Assembly: GCA_037447605.1 (NCBI GenBank)
Contig: CM074805.1
Location: 3,257,361 to 3,321,360, forward strand
Origin: Zygnema circumcarinatum SAG 698-1b
Taxonomy: Eukaryota; Plantae; Zygnematophyceae
Direction: 5' to 3'
Length of the DNA: 64,000 nucleotides
In this document: piece by piece, positions 11,451-25,598 of the stretch
Numbering within the stretch: position 1 is the first letter of the stretch
Layout: every line of letters begins with the position of its first letter
Translations under genes and position numbers: made by a program
Notes under the pieces: generated by a model
The model's database searches: none
What the model was told of the DNA's origin: nothing
Seen by the model: the letters and a program-made list of their open reading frames with translations, nothing else

Positions 11451-13339
11451 TGAGGGCGAGGGGGAGGTGGAGCGAGAAGGGGGGGAGAGGGAGGGGGAAG
11501 GGATGGGGCAGAGAATGGGGAGCGAGAGGGGGCAGAGTGAGGAGGAAGATTCTTCGAAGCAGGAGGGGCGGGGGGAGACAATGCTGGAGACACTACTGCT
11601 GCCATGGCTGCTGGGCCCATGCGGAAGGTCGTCTGAGTCTCACAATGGACAGCCCACTGCAAGCCGCGTCTCGACAAGGTGAGCTTCAGAGCCGTCTGCA
11701 GGGTAAAATGGCGGGCGCCGGAATGAGAACTCCCTTTTTTCGTTTGGCGGTATGTGGTCGGTGGACGGAGGCTTTTCGTTCTGCGATATTGGTAGTTTGG
11801 AGAAAGCAAAATCAGTTTTTTATGTTCCAAGATTCGATTGTAGCGCCTTTAGTGTGGCTGGTTAGAGTAACATGATACAGCGCAGTGGCTTATGGGAAGG
11901 GTAAAGAAGAGGAAGTGAGAAGCTTCCGGCTTAATGGACAGGCACTCGGCAGGGCAATTCGTGCATTCTTCAGAGCGGTGTTTCTGTGGTGTTACGGCAG
12001 CCGCCTTTTATTTGTCACACCTTTCCTCCTCGTTCCAAGCACAGGGATCCATGTCCTATTAGGGTTACAGACGGATGATTCTCCATATTTCAACCATCTT
12101 CGCATCTTCCAGCATGTGCTGCCGCAATGCATGGGCCTTTCTCAGGGCTGGAGAGTAGAGGCCGGGAATGAGGAAATTAGGTTAAAGTTAGGCCAACCTC
12201 TCTAGGGTTATGCCTCAGGTTCATCTGCTCTCGGAAATGGGTTAATAATTCCCTTCGCGCACTGAATGATGCTGTATAAAGGCAGCCCTGCAGGCTGTGC
12301 AGGCGTAATTTGGCCTTGTGCATTGCTTCCGACGTCGCATTCAGATCCTTCACATTGACTGCGTGAAATCTCTCAGCGAGATTTACATTACATGCCTGAA
12401 TTAGGTTCGTGCTTCACGAGCACCGGTCGATTTTGAAGATGCTCAAGGTCACTGGTTTGCGTCATGTCAGCAGGGGAGTGGCTACAGCTCATTCAGTGTT
12501 AGAAATGCAGATACAACGAACAGATACAAGAAAGGATAAGCGGTGCTATAGAGAGAGAGATATGAGATAGCAGGATGCAGTGGAACGCCCTGACGAGATG
12601 AGCAAATCCACGCTCATAGCCAATGCGTGTTTGTACGGAATGACAAATTTTCCATGATGCACATGAGTAGGACTGATGCAGCAAAGGTGAGAAGCGATAA
12701 GATATGTTCAAGGATATGCGACTGGTATAGCGGGATAATCATAGATAGCTTGATACTGTTTAAAGGAGTTGGGTAGTGTGTATATTCTAGCGGCTATGGG
12801 TGAATGTGCCAATTAGGGAAACGTAAATCAAGGAAAGTGTAGCCTTTTGTATTGTCATGCTGATCAGCACTTCCCTCCTATGTTCATCTTTGATGATCGT
12901 TTTGCGAAATACAATATATATACGTCTCTGGAATAGTTAAGTATAGCTACATGGGCAACATTTTTGTTTCTAGCCTGCACTTAAGGCCACTCTCAAATTA
13001 TTCTTTTTTTTCATGCATTTTATTGCCTTCATGTTTGTGCACAGCTACTAGTCAAACTTGACATTTTACTGTTTGTAGAGGTACCGATAGAAATATGCCG
13101 AACTAGTGCATAGATGTAATTAAACAATTTCTGTGTTGCTTCAATGATGACGTTAATGTTTTTCGTTTTTAGATACCTGCGCATCTGTTCTGCTTCTTTA
13201 TCGTATTTACATCAGACAGGATTTTGCCCTCGCTCACGATTCATCCCTTCTTTGTCGAAAACCCGGTAAAATCGGAATCTGCTAGTTTAAGGTTGGAGTT
13301 CCTAAATCTTTTGTCAAATGCTTACTAGAGAATGAAGCA

Positions 13340-16300
13340 ATGTGCCCCCGCAGCACCAACTGGACAAGCCGTTTAAAGCGGGGTGGGGACTCCCCAATTG
13401 ACCACGTCCTGGTAGACGTGTCAAAGACTCCGACGCGAGCGAGCGAGTACAGCACTTACGAGCACAATCCCGCGCAGCCCTGCTGCCACTGTCGAGTGGG
13501 GCTCATGAATGGCTATGTCATGAATCGCATCCTCCTCCTGGTAAGTTTTTTTCTTTCCTTTGCTGAAAGGTACTTTTGCATTCTCAACTTTGATGGCGCT
13601 TTGACTTCAATGGATTTTCTCTCCATCGGGAAGTGTCTGAGCAACTATTCTAATGTCCACATGCATTCTGAAACGTCTCAATTAAATTCACCTACATTCA
13701 CGTGCCGGTCTTGCGGAAGTTGAAGAAGCTGATCGTTGGAAGCCCTTTTTAGTGTAGGCACACCTCTCATCATGTGAGTGTCGTTTACAGGTTCGCGGAA
13801 GCCTCCAAAATTATTTACACATCTGTAGTAATAAAGTAAACCCCAAGCCAATATTCCGTTACATTATTGCGTCTCTCAGGAACTGGTATGGTACGCGGAT
13901 CTAAGAACGAATGAGCCCTTGTTTTTTATGTCCTCTTACTGTCATTTTGAATTCCTTTCTCGCTTTCTCTTTCCCCCGCTCTCTTTTTTCCTTTTCTTGA
14001 TGGCTGGTTACAGATGATATCAGCAGTGGTTGTGGCCGTTCTCACAATGCTTACATGGTTCTTCACGCAACAGTACACCGCCGATTCATTTCAGGTGGGT
14101 TAATGGGTGCATCTCCACTTATGGAAAATGGTGAAGGAAGAGGGAGTGACGAGCCGACGATGAGAAGAGAGTCGGTCGGTAACTTCTGAGTTTGAGCAAG
14201 TTGTAGAAGAAAGGGGTGCCCTGTGAAGTCACAGTAGAGTTAGAAACACATGCGTCCTTATCGGATTGACACGATGCTGTCTCGGCTCTTTCTGGTTTTA
14301 AGACAAGTAGGAGCTTAACAACTGTGAGTGAACAACAAGTGTTTCATGTGATTGATGTGCTTTGATCCCGTGCAGTCGAAGTCATAGGCACGTTTGTTAT
14401 GAATTGTGGTACGAAATGGAATCGTTAAACCTTCCCTGCCTAGAGGGAAAAGGAATTTAAAGCCCCTCCTCGCCCCCTTCCGCCAAATTCCCCTCTCCTC
14501 CTTCGCCTCCTCCTCTTCTCTGTCAAGTTTCCCCACTGCCTTCGTTCTCGAAATGAGTTCTGAAATCGAAATGTTCATCTCTGCTTCATTGCCCTATTCA
14601 TCCCTCCACTCGCAAGACTTGTGAATGGAAGGCAGTCCTTTTTTCAAGTGCGTGAAATGGCTTTGGGCGTTGTGGAGCAGCCTGTTGTTTTGAACATGAG
14701 AAAGGAGATTCTCCAGCGAGTTGGTCAGCAAACACAGTCCTGCCTGGGAGAACTGGTCAATATTACCGCAGCGTTGACAGCGGTGCAAGGCTTGCTTTTA
14801 CCTACCAAGGGGAGCGTCTCCTTGGCCGACGTCAATCGAACGGTTCGTACACTTGCTCGATGCTTTCTCTCCTTGCCCGTCATTCAGTTCCAAAGCATGG
14901 GAAGAAGTGCTGCAGAGTGGAGATGCCATCTACGGGAAGTGGAGTATTGACCATTCCATCCTCACAAGTTTCTTCGTGGGGCCCTGCAGGTTCAGCCACT
15001 GAACCTGCAGTACCTCATCTCCCAACCCCAACTCAGCTCCGTGTTCTTTCAGAGTGTAGAAGGGGTGGTGGCGGAGCAGCAGCGAACAGATGACACAGTT
15101 GTGGCCCTTCTGTCGGACAGCGGCTCCCTTATTGGGACCACAAATCTGTCGTCTCCAACCCTTCCTGAGGTGAGCAAAGAAACACCACGCTCAAGTGTTC
15201 CCGTTTTTTGGTAAAAGCTACATGCCCAACCAACCAAAGTCGCGTATTGTGAGAACGCAAAGATCCCCAGACACTCAGGACGAACTTTTCGCACCACACA
15301 ATGTAGGTGGATTACGTAACGGTTCAGGATAAGGGGGGCTATTTAGGAATTGGGTTTGGCAAGAACCTGCCAGGCCTATGGAGCAGATTGTAGTACATAA
15401 ATAAGGAAACTTGGTGTAAGTCACTTTTTAGGTGCCTCTGTGTTCTTGGAAGCATTCGCAGCCTCTTCTGTCATCATATCATCCAAGATATGATGATAAG
15501 AACTGCAACGAGCTCCTCACTCTAGTAACAAGCAAGCATCTGAAGGCTTTGTCCAGCCTTGCCCCTGGCCCTCCCTGCATCTTGATGGTTTCTGAGGTTT
15601 AGAGTACACTCCGTAATGCTGGTTGCGGCCATGGGGAGATAGATTGTCAGCTGAGGCATGTCTGAGCCTTTAGAGGAGGCATATTAGAAGGATAGTTTCC
15701 ACCAACGGAGGGATCAGGGCTAGGACACTGTTATGGTTAAGGTTAACGTGGTTTGGGTTATTGTTCCGCGGTCCTTTCGAGTCCCTCCCTACAAGTGGAT
15801 TTTCCGGCCAGAAAACAGCAAAAGTTAGAATGCAATTTTTTTTTTATTGTCCTCTTTTTGCCCGTCTCTCCCTTAGTTTCCCCATATACCTTCAGCTGCT
15901 TGACCCCTTCTGTTGCTGTCAGAATATGCTCCGCGCTGTGTTGGACTTCCTGTCAATAGCTACATGTACATTAAAACTACGTACTCCGCCAATAGCCCTT
16001 AGAATCTGAGATTCCAGCAAATCTATCTGTCTCGTAGTCTCTGCAATTGACACAGTCCATCCAGCAGTGGAAAAATTGTATTGTAATTTATTGCAATTCC
16101 TGGAGAAGGAACGGCCACCTCGATTCTGGGCGTCAGCTAATGTTGGCGGCATTCTGGGCACAGGTCTCCTGGCTCATTCGTGATGGTAGTGATGGGGTGC
16201 GTATTGGGCCCTACCGCACTCTAAAAGGATCGAGCAGCGGGAGGACGATAGGAGTCACGGGAGTGCTCACCTCCCTAGCCTGTCTCAGCTCATTGGGGGA

Positions 16301-19300
16301 TCAAGACCTCGTAGGTGGAGAGCTGTGGGTCGTGTGGTGAGCTCTCTCTCCTTATTGGGAGGCCCCTCATGGTGGAAATTTGAGTGAGATTTGTATATGA
16401 GTTGGAAGAGAGCTGATAAACATAGCCAGCCGTCCTCCATTCACCTTTTTCTCACTTCTTTCGTTCCACGCTTCCCTCTCATCGCTCTTCCTCTGACTTT
16501 CTTCCTCGTGCACTCTTGCCGCCCTGCCCTTTCCTTTCCTTCGCTGCTGCGCATTTCCCCCAAACCCTGTCCCTCTGTCCCTCTCCCTCTCTCTCTCTCT
16601 CTCCCTCTTGCAGGCTCAATGGCAGTGAACCCCAGGTGCTTTTCGCTTCCTCGTTGTCCTCCTCTGACTCGTTGTTAAGCACAGCGCAAGTACAGCGGGA
16701 GCCAATCCGAGCTGCTTCGACATATTTGAAGTCTCATCTTAGCAGCGAAACCCTCCTTTCCAGCTGCACTTATCGAGGAGGAGTTAACCTTGGGCTCGCT
16801 GAGGAATACTTTGTGGATAGTTGTCCAATCACATCTGGTCAACTTGCCGGCCTGCCTTTGGTGCGTAAGGCGTTTCCCCCTCTTCCCCCCCCCCCCCCCC
16901 CCNNNNNNNNNNCCCCCCCCCCCCCCCCCCATAGTATTTCCGAAACCCTGCTTTTCAAAAGAAATTTATTCTTTCTTGTTGATGTCTGTCGTTACGTTTT
17001 CCCTTCTCACGAATGTCAGGGCACCGTGAGCATCCGGTCATGTGCTCCTGGGCATCCCATCATTGCTCCTTTTTGAAGCCCCTTTTGATGTTCTTCCTGT
17101 CAACTACTATACTTCAACCATTGTTGCTGTCAAAGTCTGCAAGCAAAATCCCTTTGACGACAGTTTCATCGGCCTGTTCTACTGCTCTGGTTTTTCATGG
17201 CTCTTGAATTTGCCATCACTATCACAGCCCAGAAATGCATTACCGACTGTTTGCACGTGCACAACTTGATAACAATCCGCAAAGAAAGAAGTAATGTCAA
17301 GCTGGTTGTGTTTACGACGACACGACAGCATTGCCGCGAGAGGCTTCTCAATCGGCTCTTCTTTCATGATTTTGAAAGCGATTGTGTTCATGCTCAAGAT
17401 TTTCCTAGAGTTTCTACCTGGGCTGCAGTACACGGTGCTGGTGACTCCCAACGGCAACATCTATGGCAGTCTGCGGAGCCGCAATCGGAAGGCCATAGGG
17501 GTGTTGGTGGGGGTTCTGGCAGGTCTGCTTGTGATTGGAGCCATAGTCATGGCTATGCGCACACAGCAAGTCACATCAGAGATTGTGTTGAAGCAGGTGC
17601 AAGCTTCAACCTTCACACACTCTGTTCTGGCAGTCCGTTGTTGCTTTTCGACCACTTTCTAAACGTTTAACGCCGTAAAGTCTTCACTTCCCTTTCTACC
17701 TTTCTACCTTTCTTCCCGATACACTCCATCATCTGAATTCTCTCTCAGTTCGAATCTTGCCTTCTTGCGAAGGTCTGTTTTGTCTGATAATCGAATCTCG
17801 GAGCTGAGTGATGCCATGCCGTCGATTGGGTTGATCAGGAGTTGATTCGGCAGCTGATTGCAAAGAACCAAGCAGAGAAAACAAGCAACACGAAGAGCCA
17901 GTTTCTTGCCAACATGAGGTGAGTTTTTTCATGTTTGAAAACCCGATCCAGTTCGGAAGATCGATTTCATGCTGCAGCACCATCAAGTTCTGTACTTTTC
18001 AGGTTTGGATTAAGAACCGGCCTCAGAGGTGATTTTCTCTCCGGCGCGGAATTTCCAGATTTTGAGTTTCGTTTTCAAAACCCTGGCAACGCCCACAGGC
18101 TCTGCATGATAGAACTTGTCATTTCGTGCTTTAAAATGGAAGGACAATCAACCAGTCGTACTGAGGAAGTTCCTTTCCTAGAGTCATCTCGAATGTGCTT
18201 TCGAAAACCTTATCCCTCCCTGCACGTGTGTTGGATGGCAGCCATGAGTTGAGGACACCCATGGCAGGGATAATCGGGCTGTTGGACCTCCTCTCCTGCG
18301 AGTCTCTCACTCCCGAGCAGGAGCTGAGCGTGGCACAAATTCGCCGCTGTGCTTCGGGGCTGCTCGCGCTCGTTAACAATGTGCTGGACATCAGCAAGGT
18401 CGGTGGTTTATTGTTTCAACGACGTTGAAAAGGAAAGGGGGGGGGGGGGGTGGTTACTTTCAGAGGATTAGTGTGGAATTCTGCTTGGGTGGAGATCGGA
18501 TTGGATGAGGGACAGGTCTAGGGTCTTCCCCAATGTGAGATGGGGACTGAGATTCTATAGATGTTTATGCAGGTGGAGGTGGGCATTTTGGAACTCTCTT
18601 CAGCACCATTCAGCATTGCGGATGAACTGGAAGGCTTGGTTGACATTTTTGCCATCACTTGCATGGAGGCGGGCATCGACCTTGCGCTCGACCTGTCAGG
18701 TACTGGAGACCTCCTCTTCTTGAATGCTGCATTCACAATATGGTGCACTAACAGTTTCAAAGATTCTCTGGACGGGCAGCTTACTTAAGCAAAGCACATT
18801 ACAGGGTAACTTTGCAGACCTAGGCAACCACCCAGTATGTGTGCACTGAACTGCTCAACGAGGCCGTTTAGCCAATACTTGTCTAAGGAGTAATTTAAGG
18901 AAATGCAGACTGAATGCTGAAAACTGTTCGTGTCGATGTGGACGGCTTGCCTTTCCTGCAGATGACATTCCTGCACAGGTGCTCGGTGATGCGGATCGGT
19001 TTCGACAGATAATGTCTAACCTCCTTTCCAATGCGGTCAAGTTCACACAGCGTGGGCACGTTGTGCTTCGTGGCTGGGTTCAACCGGTGGGTCATTTTCC
19101 TTATTCCTCAATTCTCTGCCTGTATTCAGAATCCCAGAAGCATCTGGGACCCCTAGCTTTGACGCTTGTCAAAAGATGTATACGCTCATTTGCTTGCCAT
19201 TTGACCTCTTCATGGCGGTGCAGCCTGAGTGGGACAATGAACCTCTGTACGAATATCCCGAGACACATCCGAGTCCTCCCTTGAATGGGCCCGGATCGCC

Positions 19301-22300
19301 ATACGAGGGGAGTTCTGGCCACCCCAAAGATCGGAAAAATTCGTGGATATCAGGAAGGTTTGCACAGTCATTCGCAGGCTTTCTGGGAGACCATGGAACC
19401 GTGAGCACTAAAACCACATCCCAGCAGGAGGAGTCGAGAATGGAGGACAAGGTGGACAACTTCATAGTGCTCGTATTTGAAGTAGACGACACAGGTGGGG
19501 CATGAGAGATGCATTCACGATGCATTCGAATTTGAGTCAGATTGAGTTTACATGGACATCAATTAACCTTCTGGCTGCATGCACGATGCCCGACTAGAAT
19601 GCGTGAAGGCAAGTGTGTGCGTTTGTGTGTGTATATGAGACTTCAAAGGCAGAACACACACGCATCCTTATCTTGATGACATTGTTGTCTTATCTTTGCT
19701 ATAGTAGCAGCATTAGTCTTTGCAAACCATTGAGTAGTACCTTGCTGTTGGGGCATGAGGTTGGTTGATCAGGCTGTGGAATCCCTCCTGAGAAGCGAGA
19801 GGAAGTATTTGAAAGCTTTTCCATGGTGGATCCGTCGAGTACAAGGGCCCACGGTGGATCCGGGTTAGGCCTGTACATTGTGCGTGGCCTCGTCACCCTC
19901 ATGGGGGGAACGGTCGAGATTGTCGACAAGGAGGGATCGGGAACTCTCGTGCGATTGGACGTTGTTTTCAAAGCATTGCCAGATGCAGAGCCCCCCCCAC
20001 CTGCAGACCGGAGTTCTCTTGTCCTCAGGTAATTCAAATTCCCTCTTACGTCGTTGCTGTCGATTGTCTTTTCTTAAGTGGAATGCTTTTGAATGGCATG
20101 ATTACTTTTTACTTACATGAAAGAAATCTTCTTCTTATGTCAGTTTGTTGCCTGTGTGAATCTGCCGTGCCATATCTTTTTCTGTTGTCAAATGTAGCCA
20201 GTCCAGCACATTCAGTATGCAAAAGTGAACCCGTTCTCTCAAAAGATTTGGAATTTCGTTGAGATATGAAGGTGATAACCGTTTCTGACATGTGTGCAGG
20301 AAAGCGCCGTCACTAGGGATTAGTGGACTGTCGGCTCTACTGAGCCAAGGGGCTGATTCTGGAACTGGCACTGAAAGTGAAGCCTTGGAGAATAACTTGG
20401 AGGTATGACAAGCTGAGAAGAATAGGAAGGGGAGAAGTGGCTTGGAATGGTTGTATTCGTCTGTTGGCTTGTTCTTTTTCCTCTATAAATTCTGTGAGGT
20501 CCACGCAGAGAGGGCTGAAGCAGGAGTTTTGGATGGGTGGCTATGGGGAGTGAGTTTCTAAGATAGACTGCAATCATCACCGTACTTCACATTGCATTTT
20601 TCAAAACTTTAGACTTCTGTCCATGTTGTCCAGTAAAATTTCCTGCAGAAATAGCCCCAAAGAAACTGCTTTAGAGACTCATGCGATGCTGCGCTGTACC
20701 TGCTCTGCAGGTGGAAGCTTTAGTCGCCATGCGTGATGGCCCGGGGAGAGAGATGGCCGTACGATGGATGGCTGCGAGAGGTCTACGAGTCCGCCAAGTC
20801 CGAGCATGGCCGGGCATCCTTCCCACATTGGAGTACATGTCCCATGATGTCTCCCTGCATCCCAGAATGAGTCCCTCCCACTCAAGAACAGCATCGCGTG
20901 CAGCTACCACAACGCAGAAGGAGGGCAGCACGTCCGGGTCGTCGGGGCAGGCAGGCATTGGACCCGCCTTGTCGGCTGAGCTCATGAGGTCGAGGTCTTA
21001 TGTTCGACGGAAGTATCTTCTTAGGCTGAACGAGTCGGGAATGTCACCATCAGGGTCTGCCGATTTATCGTCATACACTGAGGCAGTAGCTGCAGCTTCG
21101 CATTTAGAAGCATTGGCAGGAGGGTTCGGGCCGGATGGAAAGGGGGGAAGCACTCTCTCACGGTTTGGCTCTGGAGGTATATCTGAGCGTCTGCCGAAAT
21201 TCACGAAACGGAGGACTGATGATTCAGAACCACTATTGCAGGCGCAGGGAGAAGGTGTAGAGGCGGCTTCACAAGGAGGAGGAGGAGGAGGAGGAGGAGG
21301 AGGAGGAGGAGGAGGGGGGCAGCAGGGCTCAGCAGGGAATTCTGGGTTTAGAAACAGCCTTCTTCCGAAATCGGATCCGGGGTTGGGGCAGGTCATAGGA
21401 GCTGTCCCAAGTGTACCAACTGTGGCAGCACCTGTAGAACAGAAACCAAATTGGCAAAGAAGTTTGAGTGGAAGGTGGGGTTCAGGACAGGGTTGGACTC
21501 TTAGTGGAAAGGTAGGAGCCAATCCTGCTAATGGAACAGTGCAAGGTGTGGAATCTGCTGCAGATTCCACAGCGTCAGATTCAGGCCCTCTCCATGTAGG
21601 AGCTGGAAGCTCGGGAAGTTTGCCTGTGAAAACACCCATTGTGGTGATCATTGACTTGATGCTGTTTCCGGGAAGTCAGCATCTTCGCAGCATGCCGAGG
21701 CCAAGCGCGGACCCTTTAGCAATTGGGGCCTCCTCTGCCAATTTAATGCCTTTGGTGGACCCTTTCACTGGGAAAATTTTAACCGAAGAACTGTTCGCGA
21801 TGCCCAAGGAGTTGGAGGACTTCAGACAAAAGCTTGCACGGCTGTGTTGGAGGAAGGCAGAGGTGTGTAACGATGGTGGAATGGAGGAACAGAAAAGGCA
21901 GAGGGCAGGAGGAAATGGGATGGCGTGAATCAAAGGAAGAGGAGAGGGGAAGTCCAAGGGAAATTAAAGTTACAGCTAAAGCTGAAGTCAGAGAAATGGG
22001 AAGAAGTATAATAAACACGCTGCTTGGAAATTTTCCATTCCAATCGCTGTCAGTAGCATTCTTCGTACTTTTTTATAACTGTGAAATGTCAGCATACTTA
22101 TGTGATTGATTGAAAAAAACGTCTTTATGTCAGAAAGCTCCTTTCTTCTGGAAAAAACAGGCTGACTAATCCTTCGCGACTGTTTGGATTTTCAAACTGT
22201 CATCGGTCTTTCTGTTCTGGCTATTTAGAACTTTCCAAGTTTCTTGTTTTCTTAGGATTTTCATGTGCAGTTTCATTAAAGGTTTCATTCTCATTGTGGG

Positions 22301-25300
22301 TGCAGGCGGGTCAGCAAGTGATAGTTGCGTGGCTACTCTCCCCGGGCATAAGTGCCCAGCTCCGACAGAGTCTGCAGAGAGACGGCTCCTCCCTCATCAC
22401 CAGCAAACCCCTCCATGGCAGCCGCCTTCGCAAACTCTTCACCAGCGTGCAGCGACTTGTACATGCAAACACTCCCGCCATGAGGGGGCTCGCCCCCTTC
22501 CCAGAGAATGGCCCCTTGCTCAGCGGAGCGGATATTGCTTCTGCAGCGTGGGAGAACGAGAGGAGATTGAGTGGTGGTGATGAGGCTGAAGGAGACTCAA
22601 AAGGACGGAAGACTCCGTCGCCAACACGCCTCTCCAAGGCTCCAAGTCTGAACAGTGTGTGGGAAGCGATCATGAGGGGGAAGGGCAAAGTTCAAACGCA
22701 AGACCTGCAGGATGGAAACGCTGCTCCTCCGCGGCCAAGGAACACGGAAGCTGCCTACTATACGACTGGAGACGGGGGAGGTGGCGGCCATAGCCGCAGC
22801 GGAAGCAGCCCAGAAGTGATTGGAAGAGAGCAAGCTTTTGAAACAGACAACAGCTACTCCTCTCCTAGGGAAAGGAGTTTCAGGGAGGGTCATAGCCCCG
22901 ATAAGCAACGTCGGTACGGTGGAGTCCTCAGAGTGAGCCCTCTTCCAATAGACAGAAGCAAAACACCGAGCCCACCACCAGAGCTACCGAGCCCCCCTAT
23001 GCTGCGTTTGAGCCAACGGAAATCCCTCACAAAGGCTCTCTCCATAGACATTCCTGAACCCCCAGAAGAGATTTTGGCAGGGCGTGCTCTCACACAGGAT
23101 AGCTCACGTGCAGCCTTCGGGTCACGTATGTTCGATTCGCCAACACTGGCAGGGGCGGGAATGTCGCCAGGCAGTAAGAAGGAGCTCTCATTTGACGAGA
23201 GGTTCCCGCTTGAGCTTGGCAGAAGGGAGGAGAGTCTGAACATGAACATGCGACAAGAAAGTCAGGATTTTCAACGAGGGGATGAAGGCAACCCTTATAA
23301 AGTGAAAGCTCCGCTCTCAAATCCAACAGAGATAACGAGAGGTGCTGTAGATCCTTCCAGCCTTGTTCGACAGGGTTCAGCGGCAGCAGAGCAATCTCAG
23401 AAGAAAGGTTCAGAAGCAATATCTCCCTTCAGGGAGATTATGAGGACTATGAACAGACCGGCTACTGGCTCGTCGCCATTGAGGCCTTCAAACATCATGA
23501 TCTCAGAGTCATCAAATCCCGGAACACCCCGTGTTCCTCCAAGCCCTTCCATGCCAAGTCCTCTCCCCCGCGAACTAACTCTTCGTCCAAACAATTCGTT
23601 GGATGGCCCCGCGGCAGAATCCATGACTTCTCGAGTTGCAAGTCCGCGGGGGGGGGCAGACCCTGCAGGGAGTGAGCGACTCAAAGAGAATGTGCAGGGA
23701 GGTGGGCATCCTGCCACTCCTGACTTGGGTCACGTGAGTGCGGTGAGCACATCAAGGATGAAGAAATCAGGGGAGGGAGGCGAAGGAGGAGGGAGTTGGG
23801 CCAATTTGGCTTTATCGAGCCCTTCAGTTGCTCGGAAAATTCGCGCAGAGGCAGCTATGAGTCCTGGAGGGAGTCCGGGAGCAAGTACTTTGAAGGGGCT
23901 GCACATTTTGGTTGTGGAAGATACAGCCATTTTGCAGAAGTTAGCTGCACTTATGCTGCGAAAACTAGGTGCTCGGGTGACCATTGTGAGTGATGGGCAG
24001 CAGGCGGTGGAGGCGGTGTCCAATGCGTGGCTGGCAGAGGATGCTGCTACCAGAAAAGCGGGAGTGAAAATGGAGGGAGGGGAGGCAGTGTCAAGGGCTG
24101 AGCAAGGGGAGGGAGAGGCAAATACGTCCACTACTACTGTTGGGGCTGCTCCAACTGCTAATTCTAATCCTACTACTGCTACTACTGCGTCATCTGCTAC
24201 CACTGCTGCTACTACGGATTCGGCTACCTCTGCTGCTACTGTCATAAATTATCAAGATACTTCTACTGCTACTACTACAACTGCGGAAGGCGACCTAGAA
24301 AATGAAGAGAGTCGCGGTGCTGCACAGGGAGAGGGGGGTGGAAAGTTGAAGGGAGATGTGGGTCTGACGCCCAGGGAGTCACCGGCCATTGATCTTGTTC
24401 TCATGGACTGTCAGGTGAGAATCGTAACGGAAAGATTGTATTTTTCCCCCCAGATTTTTTGAGTTTGAAGTAAGCATGGAGATTCTGGCCATTGATTGCT
24501 TTATCAAGCCTTGACTTTTCCTTCTACAATGACGTCACCTTGGATGGACTGGTCATTCCCCCACATAGATTTCTTCTTGATCTGAATGTGGAGTCCTGCT
24601 TGAGCGAGAAATCGACAGGCCATTTGCAAGAACGTGTGCAATTCGCGCAGTACTGCTTTCAGACGTTCTGGGTTTCTAGCGATGATAGCCTCAGGCAAAG
24701 GGTGCTGTTACTGAATATACATATAATTTTAAACTTGAAAAGTTTCTTGCCTTTGACAATAGTGGTTGTGAATGGACTGCTTGCCAATCCTCGTTGCAAT
24801 GCATCGATGCAGTCATTTTCGTGCACGCTTTCGCTTTCAGTGCTATGTGCTTGAGAGGGGCTCCCACTGATAGGGTTGGGGGTGATGGGGCAGATGCCGG
24901 TGATGGACGGCTACACCGCCACTCGGACTATCCGCGCTGCGGAAGTTCGATCAGGACGGCATACGCGCATTGTAGCATTGACTGCGCATGCTATGGCCAG
25001 GTGCTGCTGCTGATGCTGCTCTCTCTCTCCCTCCCCTTCCCCCTCCCCCTCTTCCCCCCATGCTCACGTGTGTTGTGTTGGGTTTTTCTTTTTATCTTAT
25101 TTGAACTCCTCTTCTCTCCCTTTCATGGTTTGGGTTTTCTAGGTGTTTTTTAGACTATATTGAAGCCCTTGCTGGGAGAAATATTGGGCATTGTGTTGGA
25201 AGGCTATCAATGTGGAAAGTCTCTCGTAACTTGTCTTATCTTTGCTGAGTTTCTGACGCACGAGGAGTGGGGCTGGGGATGTGCAGTGACGAGGCGAAGT

Positions 25301-25598
25301 GCAGGCAAGCGGGCATGGATGGTTATCTCACAAAGCCGATTAATGTGAGGTAGGTGTTCTGAAATTTCACTGCCCTGCTTTCTCTGAACCTTTCAAGAAA
25401 CTATCTTGATCTGAGATCCGTTGTTGCATCCGCGCTTCTTTAACCTCTACCTCATCAGAGGAGTCCTTTTCCCATCATCGCTTTCCTTTGGGTTGGACCG
25501 TGTGCAGATTGCTCGTAGACACCATTCTAACTTTGGTAAAGAAGATTCCAGCGAGGAGACCTGTCCCCGACGTGGCCACACAAGCAGCTCCCTTGTAG
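13340..25598 (+). CDS. AHK1: AHK1/CKI1-like transmembrane hybrid histidine kinase
   Basis: TM1 exon 14014-14094 (VVAVLTMLTWFFTQQYT) and TM2 near 17500. H-box KSQFLANMS|HELRTPM (His codon 18243). N-box RFRQIMSNLLSNAVKFT, G1 VDDT|GCGI, G2 GGSGLGL. Receiver ILVVED...LVLMDCQ|MPVMDG...ALTAHA...YLTKPI; stop 25596-25598. The layout matches AHK1 from memory; some ectodomain exon boundaries are not resolved. Confidence 0.9.
16885..16930. repeat. Poly-C tract with assembly gap (16903-16912) in a kinase intron
   Basis: Read directly. Confidence 0.9.

Noticed and set aside
10523-11875. Many overlapping R/A/P/G-rich ORFs here and in the other GC islands (33057-33999, 60446-62028)
   Set aside because: Stop codons are rare at very high GC, the ORFs are open in most frames on both strands, and they contain no domains.
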